In this document: positions 34,896 through 49,052 of the stretch, one piece after another
How positions within the stretch are numbered: position 1 is the stretch's first letter
How the letters are laid out: each line of letters begins with the position of its first letter
Assembly (NCBI GenBank): GCA_032718475.1
Contig: JAUCBJ010001486.1
Coordinates: forward strand, 32,458-96,457
Direction: 5' to 3'
Origin: Nemertoderma westbladi
Lineage: Eukaryota > Animalia > Xenacoelomorpha
DNA: 64,000 bases
Notes under the pieces: model-generated
Told to the model about the DNA's origin: nothing
What the model saw: the letters and a program-made list of their open reading frames with translations, nothing else
Database searches by the model: none
Translations under genes and position numbers: made by a program

Positions 34896-37800
34896 CACAC
34901 TCCCACCTAATCCACTCCTATTGAACGGGCAGTCTTAAGTTGCTTATATTCCATCTCTAACAGCGGACCTAACGGCCTCAAGTATGATACTGTAGAGTGA
35001 AACAGGAGGGATGTACAAATAAGTAGATATTCAGCTCGAGTATTGCTTCCAGGTGATATTAATTAAATAAATTTGTAAATAATTTTTTTTTCCATTTCTG
35101 AACAAAACCATAATATTACACCTTTAATTACAGTTGCAACATTGTAAAAGCTTTTGCGGACATAACAAGTCATTTTCCCGCAATGCGCAGTGTAGGTGCT
35201 TTTGCGGACATAACAAGTCATTTTTGCCGCAATGCGCAGAATACTCTAAGATAGCCCTAAATTTATCCAACGACGGGAAGAGATTGGAGCTCAGATGACG
35301 AAATCTGTCAGCTGATTTCCTGTAGACGTGGAACCTCTTTGTTCTGCCTATTCAGCCAATCAGAGTGATTTTCACTTTATGTTGGACAGAGGCCTATGGA
35401 AAACCGTGCAATGCATTACGGTCTTTGTTTACCTTTTTCTGAGCCTAAGAACCGGCTTGGAATTTTCTGTACTTCTGTGTAGAAGTTTCAGACTTTGGCC
35501 TAAACATCTGATGGCTTTGATTATAAGAACGTAAAACTATTAACAATTCAACATTGCTGCACATGGAACACTGCATAAGTAACACATACTGACTGTTCAC
35601 TGCATTATTTTACTTCTGTCATTAATCGTTGTTATATTGATGGATATGTTGTTATATTTGGAGAATACCGATAAATAATCATAAAACCCCTAATCTTCTT
35701 GATTACTGAAGGTGAGAGGAACAGGTTTACCGGTAGCAACTGCGACTTACATTATAGTGGTTTTTGTGTGAATTAAATGCTATTTCATAATCCCTACATG
35801 TGTCAGTTGCGATCCTCCTTATATATGATCAAATTCAGTGACGGTCGGCAGATCAGTGCGAAATAGTGTGAAGTAGTGTGAAGTCGTATGAAGTAGTGTG
35901 GACGGTCGGCAGATCAGTGCGAAATAGTGTGAAGTCGTGTGAAGTAGTGTGAAGGTTAATAAAGCATCTCCTAAAGAATGCGCTATTTACGAAACTCAGT
36001 AGCCATCTAGTTGTGATTAGTATAAGTCATAACTCTGTTTTTATACTTAAAGCGCCACGTCCTAAAGGAACTGTTAATATTTCCCCGAAAGTAAATATAT
36101 TGTCAGAGATTATATAGTAACGATCAATCGAATAATACAGTAGGTCTACACCGCAATCACTATCAAAGCATCCGAATCCAGTCTCCCTTAACTGTGGGTG
36201 AAAGGTCGCGCACAGACTGGCTTCGGCTGATGTAACTTCAGTACATTAAATAATCGATATAGGCTAAAGTCGATTTATAAACAAAAGGACAACTAAAATT
36301 GGCAGGTTAAACTGCTAAAGGTCTAAAAGCGCGAACATTAATAGTTGTAAACTCTTGATTGCACAGTAGGCAATAAATATATTTGTCTATTGTTCTGGTA
36401 AGAACAATAATATATTTTAGTTTCTTTATTGCACTGTAGGCAATAAAGCCGAATGTACCGGTCGGACGGTAAACTGTAGGCCTAACTGCCCAACCACCCG
36501 AACCGGTACGTACAGGTGCCAGTATTAGTTCGATTATGAAATATTGTATATTGTAGGCTGTTAGGGGATTAGGGATTGATCACCCCTTATTCCTTTGTAT
36601 GGTTTACTTATTTCTGTCAGTTTTATTTATCTGTAAGTGTAATATTGAGCAGAAGGCGTGTAAGCCTGCTCAGATTGTACAAATAATTTGTAGGCCGGAT
36701 TGTTGTCTAACTGTTGTTAGGTCTGAAGCGATTGCAGTGTGTGTAGAGTGTCTGTCCGATAAAGTGCTGGTTAGGAAGGTGGGGGCATCCAGTGTTATAA
36801 GGTAAATCCCCCCGAAAGAATAAGTCGTACTACTTGGTTAGAACGCCTACTAACTAACCATTTCGGAGTCTGCATATACTGTAGTTTATTTAGGCTTGCC
36901 AGTAGTCTGCCAGCATTTGGTCTGTATTTTGTTTGTATAGTCTGCACGGGTAGCGTAATATTTATTATTCAGAGTCTATGCGAGTATTCGCAACCACCAA
37001 CTCCCCAAGTTTATTCCTACAGTAATTGTGTTTGTTATACATACCGTTATAGTTAAATTAACCCCGGTACTACATCAGGGCTGCTTGGCGTATGTAAAGA
37101 CTGGTGATTTTGTGCTCTGGTCACTCCAGCAGATACCATGGTTCTTTTGGCTATTCAAGTATATTTAACTGCTGGTTACTTGTTGTATAAGTACTTGTAC
37201 CTAATTTAGGGTTTAGAGTACAGTACTTTCCGAAAGTAATTTAGTGTGTGGGCAGTATATTTGTGTTGTAACGTGGTTAATAGGCACGTTAGCTCTGGTT
37301 GGCTTCGGTAATTAACCTCTAGGTAAGGACACTTCGGGTACATAATGTAGTACTTATAGAGCTAAGACTATAAGTTGTCAGACGGTGGTATTTCCTTATC
37401 TGGACAACGCAATTTATTTACTACTACTTTATTGTTTTCAAATACCGTAGTTTCCTGTCAGTTTGTAAGAACCAGAAATTCTAACTCCTTGTTAGGATGG
37501 TTTGTAGATTTCTTGTAAAATTACCCTAACAAATTGTAAGTGTAACTTTTAGTGTTTATTTTGAGATTGTAATCTCAAACTGTAATTGTAAGTAATTTGT
37601 AGTGATAAGTAACTTAGTAAAGTAGAATTATTCGTTTTAGTATCCAACAAGTAGCACTCCACTGAGAGCGTTCAGCTTCTGTGTAGTGACTCCTTACCCA
37701 GGAAATAATAACATTTATTTCAAATATTGTCAAAACCCATTGTACGGGTATATATATATATTATAAATCAACTTAAACAGATTTATAAAATAGTAGGCCT

Positions 37801-38182
37801 GTTATACATCAATTAGGTCTTAATATCAGTTGGACTACTGCTTAATAACAGTAATAAGTAAAAGGGAAGTAACCCTAAAATTCAGAAATTCGGTTATTAG
37901 CAATAATTGACATTACCGGTATTTACGGTAGGCTTATTATATTTATTTCTATAAATTTAGGCTGAAATTATATACCAGTATTCTGTGACTAATCCTAGTC
38001 TATAATAATACTTATATATATACTATAAGTGTATACCGGTATTTTAATATATTATATATATATATCACGTTACACTGAGTAACGGTATCGGTAATTAATT
38101 ACTAGGCTTACAGTTGATACTGAATTACTAGACTTGCTTTGACTGTCGTTATAGTAGTAGGCATTCAACTGTAAAATAAATT

Positions 38183-41100
38183 ATGGCTGACACAAAGCAA
38201 ACACTGTCAGATAGTCTCCTAGAAAGAACAGTCTGTGACTCAGATAGGAGTATAGAAAAATCTGAGACCGAAGTCCAAGTCCCCTCCTACTGTAAGAAAG
38301 GTCATCCCTACAGTAGTAGTATCAGACCCTAGGCTAGTAAAGCACCATAGGTCTATCATAGGCACTAGGGCTCAAGTCAAGCGGGACCAAGAGGCAGCTG
38401 TTAAACAGCAGCAGCACCCGAACCGAGAACTTATTTATCAACGGCCTGATAACTCTAGCAGTTCAAACACCGAAGAGTTGACACCCGAGATCGGAGCAAG
38501 GATGGCAGAAGTGGTTTATCCACTCATCCAGATCCACTTCTAATTCTTCCTGGAGCCGTACTCACTAGAGTGTTGATAGCTGTGGAGGAACATCAAATAG
38601 ATTGGGCGAGAAGTAAGCGATCGACCAGGGACAGTTATGCGGGACACATGATGGAGGAATTAAGGTCTATTGTCGAGGCGCAATTGAAATTCCCCGGACC
38701 CGGACTCCCATTTGACTTATCGGAAGCTGCCTGGGAGGACTTATACAGGATGGGAGTAGTAAGGGACACTCGAGATCCGGCTATGTGGAAGAGGTCGGCA
38801 GCAGGATATGTCCAGGGATTCTTCAGTTCTTTGGAGCGATTAGAAGAACACCTATTTCAACAACGACAAGGACCTCAAGAGCAGGGAGAGCTGCTTTATC
38901 AAGTGCGAGAACAAATTTTACAGATCAGACTAATCCTTTCAGCCTTTGAGGAAGCCTCGAAGAGGAGCCAAGACACATCGTTGCAAGTGGCCGTAAAAAC
39001 TTGGTTGCAACGGGTGAGTCTTAAAGTCCAGGGAACGACACAATGGAAAGCTCAGCTAACTGAGCGCATAACCCACGGAGAATCAACAGACGCTACCTTT
39101 TCTCAGGTGGAAGGCGAAGTTACATCCGAGAAACCTCAGAAGAAGGATGCTATTGACATCTATCTGTCGGACTATCAACGATTTATAGGTGACAAAGAGT
39201 TAAGGAGACGGCTAGCTGGACTTCACCCTAATAGTGAGGGAGCCAAATTTGTGTTGGAACTCGTTAGATGCGGAAATATTAGCCGCGGAGCAGGCTAAAT
39301 TTGATGAAAGCATCCTCATCGCAATGGACCAAGAAGAGCAGCTAAAGAAAAAGCAAATAGAAGACCGAAGGTCAGCGGCTGCGGCAGAATCTGAAAGGAA
39401 AGCGGCAGCGGTCGCGGCAGAATCTGAAAGGAAAGTGGCAGAGGCTGAAAGAAAAGCGGCAGCGGTCGCGGCAGAATCTGAAAGGAAAGTGGCAGAGGCT
39501 GAAAGAAAAGCGGCAGCGGTCACGGCAGAATCTGAAAGGAAAGCGGCAGAGGCTGAAAGAAAAGCGGCAGCGGCAGCAGCAGAATCTGAAAGAAAAGCGG
39601 CCGTGGCTGAAGCAGAAAGACGGGCATCGGAAGAGACAACCCAACTAGAGTTGGAAAATCTTCAAGCGAAGCAAGATTACTTAAATAAACAGAGAACAGC
39701 TACTCAGATGCAGCTGCTAAGTCGATCTACTCCCAGGAGACAGGGATTTACATCCTCTGATGAAGGTGATATAACAGATCCTGAAGGTAGAGGAAATAAA
39801 TCTCGTTCCAGCGGACGTAGAAGAGCGCCACACCGGCAGAAATTACCTAATTTGCCTCCAGCTGTGAGAAGGCAACTAGCTAGTGTAGATTTAAGTAATC
39901 CTGAGCCTACAGACCAAATTATTAGAGTAGAAAGACTCCCTACTATAGTAGATGAGCCTGAAATAATTAGGCCTGTTCTCGAAGCCACTCCCTCTGTGAT
40001 AGAGACACCTGTACTTCCAGAACCTAACTCTAAATTCCCTTTGCACAGTACTAAACTACCTGTGCCCAGTAGACTAGCCCCTGAATCACTCCCAGTCCTG
40101 GATGCCGAGCAAGACATAAATGACTTGTCGCCCGTCGTCCCTACGCATCAACCCGCTACTATGTTGGCGGCTCCCACTTCGGCGGTTGAATGGGTAGAAG
40201 AGGGACAGCGGGGGATGGATCGCCTGCTCGGGCAGCTGGAGGAACATAAATTACATTCTTCCCAGCAGGTCCGAGAGTTGGAAGGGACTGTTCAGCAGTT
40301 AAAGGGAACAGTAAGAGAGAGTAGGTTAGAGTTGCAAGAAGTGCAGCAGAGTATCGCTTTAGAGCGCGATAAATTAGTAAATATACAAATGGGTATACCA
40401 CCACCCCCTGTAACGATGTGTCAACCTGTTAGGTCTGAAGTATTTCATGCGCAAGGTGTGGAGCCTACACGCATCTATACTGCTAGTGAAGTAGAAACTC
40501 CTATAGTAAACCCTCTTAAGGGTAATTATAAACCTGTTGATAATGATATTCCATATAGACCTGATCATAATCCGAGAAATTTATATACCGATAACTCGAT
40601 ATTAAATAATACGATGGCCCAAGAAAGTTTTACGCATCAAAGGGCTAGAACCGAAGCCCGTCAAGCGGTAAAGGTGGGAGAGGTCGTCAAGTTCAATGGA
40701 GATGATATGAAATGGTTACCTTTTAATGAATATTATAAAGATAACATACAGAACTCTGTACTATCTAACGGAGAGAAACTTAGATTCCTCATCGAGTGCT
40801 TGGAAGGACCTCCCAAGTTAATGGCGTTAAAGTTTATTGGACATCCAGATGGATTAAGACAAGTTTGGGATACACTAAACATCAGGTATGGTAATAGGAC
40901 TAACATAGCTAGGTATTTGTATGCGAAATTAGTAGCGCCCCGAAAGTTCCTTAGCAGCGGGATTATAGAGTTTTCCGATGAGATTTATAGGAGATCTGTA
41001 GACAACTAGATTGGTTAGGTAAGTCTCAGGAATATCAGAGTTCCATGGTTGTTGGAGCTGTAGCATCTACTTTGCCAAAGGGTGGAGTCGGTACTCGTTG

Positions 41101-44100
41101 GGACAAAAGAGTTCTCTATATGATGGACCAGCAACAAAGGGACCCTACCATGGCTGATCTCATGTCATTCTTAAATGGAGAGGTAAGATTACAGCTCCTA
41201 AAGCAGTCCCGAGAGAAGACACCGGAAACTAAGGTGAGTGAAAAACCCGTTTCTAGGAGAAAGGTAACACCAGTGTGTTATATAGACGACGGCGAAAGCC
41301 AAACCTCCCACGAGGAGAACAGCGGGAAAGACACCGAAAGTTCTTATTATGTCAATAAAACTCGGAAAGACGTAAGTAAATCTAAGTCTCGAACCAGTGA
41401 CAGGAGAGAACAGGTAACAACAACTCCTCCCACGTCTCCTAAGAGAATTCATGGAAGAAAGCCCGAGGAAAGAACAGGTATGCACAACGCCACACAGGTT
41501 AAAGTAAGTAATATCAAACCCAAATATGCATTGTGCGACGGGCCCCATCGCTTAAGTGGGTGTGATGAATTCTTGAAGAAATCCCTTAAGGATAGACGTG
41601 ATGTCATGTGGGATAAGCGGTTGTGTTATAATTGCCTCAGACGAGGACACCAACGGCAGACCTGTTACTCCGATGCTAGGTGTGCTAAGTGTGGCGCGAA
41701 ACATCATATCTTGCTGCACACAGAATTTGACAGAACCCGCACGAGTCAGGTAAGTGAGCCAGAACTACATGTCCAATTCATGTGAACGACACTGACCACA
41801 GCTCTGAGATGGAAGGATTCTACACGGACGAATTCTCTGACGAAAACGAATCCTGTTATATGATAAACACCGCAGTGTATCGAGCACTTACGTATGAGAC
41901 TGAAACAAGCGATGAAGATCCTCGACTGACTATTCTGGACCGGCAACCATCTTGGAAAGCACCGACTTCCAACGTCGGAATCCAGGAATTCCCTGTAGTG
42001 CAGCTGAGAGTCCATGGACTAGGGAAAAGCTTGATAGTAAATGCCCTCCTTGACTCCGGCAGCACAGGTACATTCATCGACAAAGAACTAGCCGAAGACA
42101 TCTTTGCTGGACAACCCAAGTTCTGAACTAAGTTGAACCTTTCAGGAATTATGCAGGTTTGGAAATCCACAGTAGCTACAGATTACTATGTGGGTGCGTT
42201 GTCCACTCCCCAGGATGAACTAGGAGAACATAGCATAAGGTCAGTAAAAATGGTGGCGATAAAGAACTTTGCTACCAGCCAAGTGGAACCTTACAACTGG
42301 GATGAAGACCATTTTACCCAGCAGCATGATATCCCTAGATTCAACACCGACTACCCAGGGGTGCAGATATTAATCGGCCAAAATGCGCACGAGGCGCTTG
42401 AGACATTAGAAAAATGGCCTGCTCGACCGCAACCATTACAAACGTACGCGGGAAGAATGAGAGTAGGTTGGTACTTCACTGGACCTTCCCGTAGAACACT
42501 AATGGAAAGACTCCCTCATGAGAGGATACATCAGGTGAGTGAATGGGAAGAAGAAATCAGTGAGGGAGAAACCACAACTGAGGGAACACCATACTCCTCA
42601 GATAATGACGATATTAACCAATTATACGACGAGGAAAATACAATCGACCTCCTCACCAAAAATGAAACTTGGTTAAACCAAGTAAACCTGTGCCATCTCA
42701 TCAATCATGGCGGACAATTCACCTACAACGATGAATTAAACGAAGTGATAGATCGATACAACAATAAAATTCGCGATGAACACGCCGTACGATTCTTTAC
42801 TCAAGAAGCCGTAGAGCCTAATTCCTACGACAAGGCCTTGTCCATCGAGGAAGAGAGAGCCAAGCAGATTCAGGAAATGACTACCTGTTTTCTGAAAGAT
42901 GAAGGTCGCTATGAGATTGGTCTTCCGTTCCGACGGCGAGAACCCAACTTTATAAATAACCGACCTTTAGCGGAAAAGAGAATCGCGCAACTACATCGGC
43001 GTCTTACGGCCAATGTTTCAGCTAAGGAAATGTATAAAACCCAGCTGAAGAAATTTATCGATAAGGGATACGCGGAGCGAGTACCGGAAGAAACACCCAT
43101 AACAGAGAGAACGTATTATCTAACACATCATTACGTTCCCAAACCCGGTAAACCCAACGAAGTCCAGGTAGTGTTCAACGGCTCCGCCCTTTACATGGGT
43201 CAATCCCTGAACTCTGAATTGTTGCCGGGACCCAACTTACTCCAATCCTTGTTGGGAATACTATTAAGATTACAGCAATATTCTATCGCTTTCGCTTCGG
43301 ATATAGAAGGCATGTTCTAACAAATCAAGGCGCTGGATAGGGATCGAGACAGCCTACGATTTCTGTGGTGGCCTGAAGGAGACCTCAACCAAAAACCGGT
43401 GGAGTACTGGATGACCATCCAGGCTTTCGGGATCATCTCGAGCCCCTCGAACACTTGTTCAATAGTACGTACCACTGCTGATGACAACCGAGACGCCTTC
43501 TCTAAAGCGGTTATCGACAACATCAAATGGGATATATACATGGACGACAATTTAAAGTCCCTCCCACCGGTGGAAGAAGCCATTGATGTTGCCAAGGGAA
43601 TGGTGGAGTGCTTGCAACGCGGTGGATTTCGACTAACCAAATTCACGAGTAACTCCCGAGAGTTTCTGGAATCGATCCCGGTAGAAGACCGAGGTGTTAA
43701 AGATCTGGACCTCATCAAGGACGACCTTCCAGAAACCAAGACACTTGGTTTAAAATGGGACACGGAGAGAGATATCTTGTTTTTCCAGTTAAAACAGCGA
43801 GATAATCCAGTTCGAACTAAACGGATTTGTCTAAGTATCCTGAGCACTTATTTCAATCCATTGGGATTTATTAGCCCAGTTATATTGGTTGCTCGGAGCT
43901 TAGTACAACAAATGTGGCTTGAAAACCACTCGTGGGATGATCCACTTAAGGGAGAACTACTAAAGAGGTGGATGAAATGGGAAGATTCTCTACCATCCAT
44001 CGAGAACTTTACGATTTCCCGTTCATATTTTGGTCACGTTCTCCCCACATATTCCTATCAACTCCATGTGTTTGAAGACGCCAGCGATATGGGAATAGGT

Positions 44101-46422
44101 ATAGTAGCCTACCTGAGGGTTGAAACTCCAGATGGAATTAAAGTTGCCTTGGTCACCTCTAAGGCCTTGATAAACAACAAACTACGAGTTCCTCGAGCAG
44201 AGTTAAAGGCGGCTCTATACGCTACAGCCATCGGCCGGAATGTAACAGAACAGATCGACTATCCACTGGAGAAAACTGTCTATTGGACTGATGCTTTCCT
44301 CGTTTTGGAGTATATAACCAATGAAGTCTATCAGTTCAGCGTCTTCGTTACCAACAGAGTAGCCATTATACTTAGTCGCTCTAATGTAGATCAATGGAGA
44401 CATTGCCCTGGGACGATTAATCCAGCCGACATCGCCTCCAGAGGAGCAACTCCTCATGAACTGATAGATACTCCAGACTGGTTAGGTGGACCCGACTTCC
44501 TAAGTAAAGAAGAGGATGAATGGCCTCCTCATCTTACCACGGCTGAGATTAGACAAGCCAAGGGAGCGGAGGAAGTCAAACCTAAAACCCGGATGAGTAA
44601 ATCAAAGTTATTTAAACCCATGATAGATCTGTCTGTACTACACATTTCCAGGGACGACGCTGTGGATCTAAACTCCCCCACCACGAACAGATCTGTTATA
44701 GACATCAGAGAAAGAGACTGTAAATCTGGAACACCAGACGTCTCGCAAGGACTCTCACCTCTCCTGCAGAGAGCAATAAATCACTATAGCTCCTGGAATC
44801 GGCTTTGCAAGGCTGTCGTGTATCTGAAGCGATGCTTCCATCATCACTATTCCAGGACGAAGATCGCTAGTGATACCGCTCCACTGACATCCGAGCAGGT
44901 CCATGCTATTAAAGATCTTCCCACATACAAGGTGTCGGATAGGTTTCTGACGGAGAAGATCAGTTACCAAGAGCATGAAGCAACCAATAAGCAGATACTG
45001 AGACTCTTGCAATGCTATGAAGATTCCGATAAGTATTTCCTGTTGTTGAGAAATCCACAGATGCGCTTAAGGGATCGTTTCTCTAGCACAATGATAGATG
45101 GGTTAATACGTGTTGGAGGGAGACTAACTAATGCTCCATTATCCTTTGACACTAAATTTCCCATACTCATTAGAAATCTTGAAATACAAATCAAGATGAT
45201 TGTAGATGTTCACAGTAGGCTTTACCATGCTGGTAGAGAACGAGTTCTTAGCGAAATTCGAACTCGCTATTATTTCCATAAACCCCGTAGAGCTCTGAAC
45301 CAAATTCTTAGGAACTGTATATCCTGTAGGAAAGCATTCAGTAGGCCTTTAACACAGCGAGAGGCAGAATTACCTAGGGAACGAGTAAGCTTCTATGAAC
45401 CACCCTTTACTAATACTGGTGTGGATTTATTTGGCCCTATTGAAGTATATTGTGCTAGGACTATAGTCAAGCGATGGTGTGTCATCTTTGTCTGTATGAC
45501 TTGTAGAGCGATCCATCTAGATATGGTGAACGATCTATCTACCAACAGCTTCATACTGAGTTTACGCCGACAGATCGCTCGCTTTGGAACTAGCAACACG
45601 ATGAGATCTGATAAGGGAATGAACTTCATTGGCGCCAATAATGAGATCAAAGCTTACGTTAAAGATTGGAACCAAAGACAGGTGGATGATCAGCTAAGGG
45701 TAACATCATCTAGCTGGACCTTCAACGCCGCCGACGCCCCTTGGTGGGGAGGAAGTTGGGAGAGATTAATAAGGAGCGTGAAGACCGCATTTCACTTTAT
45801 AGTGCCTTGCCGCTCGTATCTCACCGACGAACTTTTGCGAACGTTAATGGAAGAAATCGCCGCCTATCTTAACGAGAGACCGCTTATGCCAGTCTCATCG
45901 AGTCCCGACTCCCTAGAAGCGCTAACACCCGCGCATTTCCTACTGAAGAAACCTGTAGCCATGCTCCCACAATCGGAAATCACGGACGGAGACGAATACT
46001 GCCGACAAACTTGGCAACTCATGCAGTTATTATCCCGTCGTTTCGCTGACCATTTCGAAAATCATTATCTGCCTACGCTACAACTTCGAACTAAGTGGTT
46101 TGCGCAGCAAGAAAACGTCAGCGCCGGAGATATGGTCCTTATTATGGAATCAGATCTTCCACGTATGCGGTGGCAGACAGGTTGTATCATCAAGACTCAT
46201 ATATCCGATGATGGTTTAGTGCGATCGGTAGAACTCGTCGTCATGCGACGTAACTTTAAGAAACCTGGAATTGTATTCGAAACACAACAACTCAATCGCC
46301 CAGTCGGTCGTTTATGTTTACTGGAAAGAGACAGAGAGCTATCCGGAAACTATGGAAGGCAAGATACTCTTCCCACGACCACCTCCCTAATCCAACAAAC
46401 ATCTAGGGACTCCTCAACGTAA
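38183..46422 (+). pseudogene. BEL/Pao gag-pol of copy A with several frameshifts and stops
   Basis: Fragments align to the 2625-aa ORF of copy B: triple Cys/His Gag motif, ALLDSGS, YMDD, HVFEDAS, DLFGP, SDKG, WWGGSWERL. Stops at 42124 and 43318. Confidence 0.93.
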
Positions 46423-46949
46423 CAGCGTCTGGAGTGGGTGTGTGACTACATTATTTTATATCTGTTTTTATTATTTTTATACTTATGTATGTATTATTAT
46501 GTAATTTTATTATAATCGTTTTCTTTAATTTTATTTAGTAGAATATTATTTTAGCGATTATTTAGTAGATTAGTGCAATATATATATATTTGTGTTTATT
46601 ACTTAATTACTTAACATTATATATTTAGTTTAACGGCGAGAAATAATTCTTTTTTCTCTTTCCTTACTGTCCGTATCATATTATAAATACGTGACTACAG
46701 TAAGATGAAATGTCCGTACTTATTAAAGTACAATACCGCTCCTACTATACTCAAGTATTATTGGTAAGTAGAGTATTAGGAATGCAAAGTTCAGATCCTC
46801 GTGTCTCGGCTAAACCGAGCTCTGGGTAGACCTTGGAAACGACTTGCCTCTTCTCACTGACATTGCTTCTTGCAATATTGCTCTCATACCGTATATTAAA
46901 TAATACATATAGTAGAATGATGTCCCTTTAACAGTAGCGTAAAACGCAA

Positions 46950-47370
46950 AATAAATCTGTTAAACCCTTTGACCATCTGTAATTCTAGTCGATTAAGATA
47001 TCGTGGCACCCACCGATATACTTGAAAGAAAAAATTCTAGAATCAGTGGTTAACGTCCCCAGACATGTTCTGGAATAAATCGGTGCCCATCTCAAATATT
47101 AAATATTTAATAAATATTTATAAAATCTATTAAAACAAATGTTATAATAGAGTCAATGCATACAAATAAACTCTAAGGAGTTTGTAAACCAAGAAAATCT
47201 ATAAAACAAAAATCTGTTAAAATTCAGATCCTTTAAAATTCTAGTCAATTAAGATATCGTAGCACTTACCGATACTCTTAAAAGGACAAATTTCCTAGAA
47301 TTAAGGATCCTAGTCCCCAGACATGTTCTGGAATAAAATTGTGTCTATTTTAATATTAAATAATAAAATT
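46950..47370. repeat. Diverged tandem duplication (~260-bp period) in the pol-accessory ORF spacer
   Basis: AATTCTAGTC.ATTAAGATATCGT.GCAC and GTCCCCAGACATGTTCTGGAATAAA each occur twice. Confidence 0.8.
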
Positions 47371-48158
47371 TACGGGAATAAATTTTCAATTCATATCCTC
47401 TCATGAATTTGATAAATTGTCATTTTATACAATTTATAACATTCCCAAAATTCCATTAATTAATAGATCATTGGAGCGGAGATTCACTCTATTAAGTGTA
47501 TTAGTGTACGAGAATCTCCAATATATAGTCAATAGCCGATAAAATTCATAAAATCATGTATAAAGGGGATATTGACCATTAAAGAATTACTATTAAATAG
47601 CATCCCAGATCTGTATGCATGAGAATTACCCTAATTCTACCGCTAGCTTTCCATAATGTCACCATGGCAACAACCACGCTAGAATTAGAAGTGAGTTAAA
47701 GAAACAATAGAAAGCTTGCCCCATTGAATAGCATAGGGAATAAATAGCGCACTGCTAGTATCCAAGGATACATAATAATAACGTGACATTCTGGAAGGTA
47801 CTGACTAACGGACAAATGGCCCGAATGTGTACAGTTTGTGACAGTTGTGTTGAATTTGTGTGTTTATAGGTGAATGTTACTGCTAAAGTGTGTTTACAGT
47901 AGCGAGTCGCAATTGTGAAAGTAGCCCTACTCTGCCGAAAGAACCTGAAGTACATCTAAGCCTTTGGGACGGACAGTGGAGTGACTTGTGCCGGTTATCG
48001 TTGTCATTGTGTAGCTACATCGTTGGCGAAAGCACAGCGACGACGGTACATCGGCGCTGAGGATCTTGCACTGTCCGGGGGCAAAGAGGGGTAGGCAGCG
48101 ACGCCCGCTAGCCTAAAATATAAACTCATTATAATATTGATAAACTCATATAGCAGAT

Positions 48159-49052
48159 ATGACTGAGTTGATAGAAGATGATCTTGGTATCAGGGAGCGA
48201 TATACTCTACCTTTACAAGCGTTTGTCGATAGCTTGATACGTGGCGATGCTGGTCCAACTACTACGGAGGATGATGGTCATTATATCGAACCGCCAATGT
48301 CCCAGGAGCAACTTATGCGTGAATTGGATTAAAGAAAGTTCACCGCTCGCTATACGCATCGTAATGGTACGTATATGGACTTCTTAACTACTGGTCATCC
48401 TATCGATTTACACGATACGGACGATGTAGACACCCAAAGGGAAATGGTCCTATTTAAATATCATACCCAGCGGAGTCGGAACGATAAACTGAGAATCGAA
48501 CATGAGAATTCTATTCGAAACTGACTCGAAAGAGAAGACTTTGAAGAACCGGATAAACGCAGTGACTTCAACGACTATTTGGAATTCTTGAGAGAAACAT
48601 ATCTCAATGTAGCCAGTCAACAAAACCTAGAAACTCGATATCCTCAAGGTATACATCATGACCCTATGATAGAACTCAAACGACTCTATTTCACTATGAT
48701 GTATCTTACCGCCGATCGACCGCTACCTGTTGTACCGGATAGCTTCGAACAGATGGAGGAATATTGTAAAACTGGAGAAAGATCACCCGCGTTTCCCCTA
48801 CAAGAAGTGCGTCTTTGGTATTATTGCGATGAATGCCCTAGACCCAACCAACAAATGTAAAGACATAAACATCCGCGGAGATGTTGCGCTAAACACAGTT
48901 TTACTCGCTATACTTACGGGAGTTTCGAGCAAAACTTGTTCGATGTATCACCTACGCTCGCTCGACTCAAACGATCCTTAAATAAACCGATGATCAGAGT
49001 TCCGGAATACTCGGTCAGATCTCCTCATTCCCTGGTGAGACCTCAGACTCTT
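48159..49052 (+). pseudogene. Accessory 3' ORF of BEL copy A, N-terminal part (3 in-frame stops, no frameshift)
   Basis: ATG at 48159; a single frame runs to the insertion site. Homologous to 51480-51749 (-), where two of the stops are sense codons. Confidence 0.8.

Larger units (their letters stand above)
34541..35123. mobile_element. TTAA-bounded non-autonomous element (Kolobok/Crypton-like termini) containing the tRNA-hammerhead cassette
   Basis: TTAA|AGGCGCGG at 34537-34548 and TTACACCT|TTAA at 35116-35127. A ~38-bp inverted repeat at 34754-34791 / 35086-35123 brackets the cassette, so the left end could instead be 34754. Confidence 0.55.
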
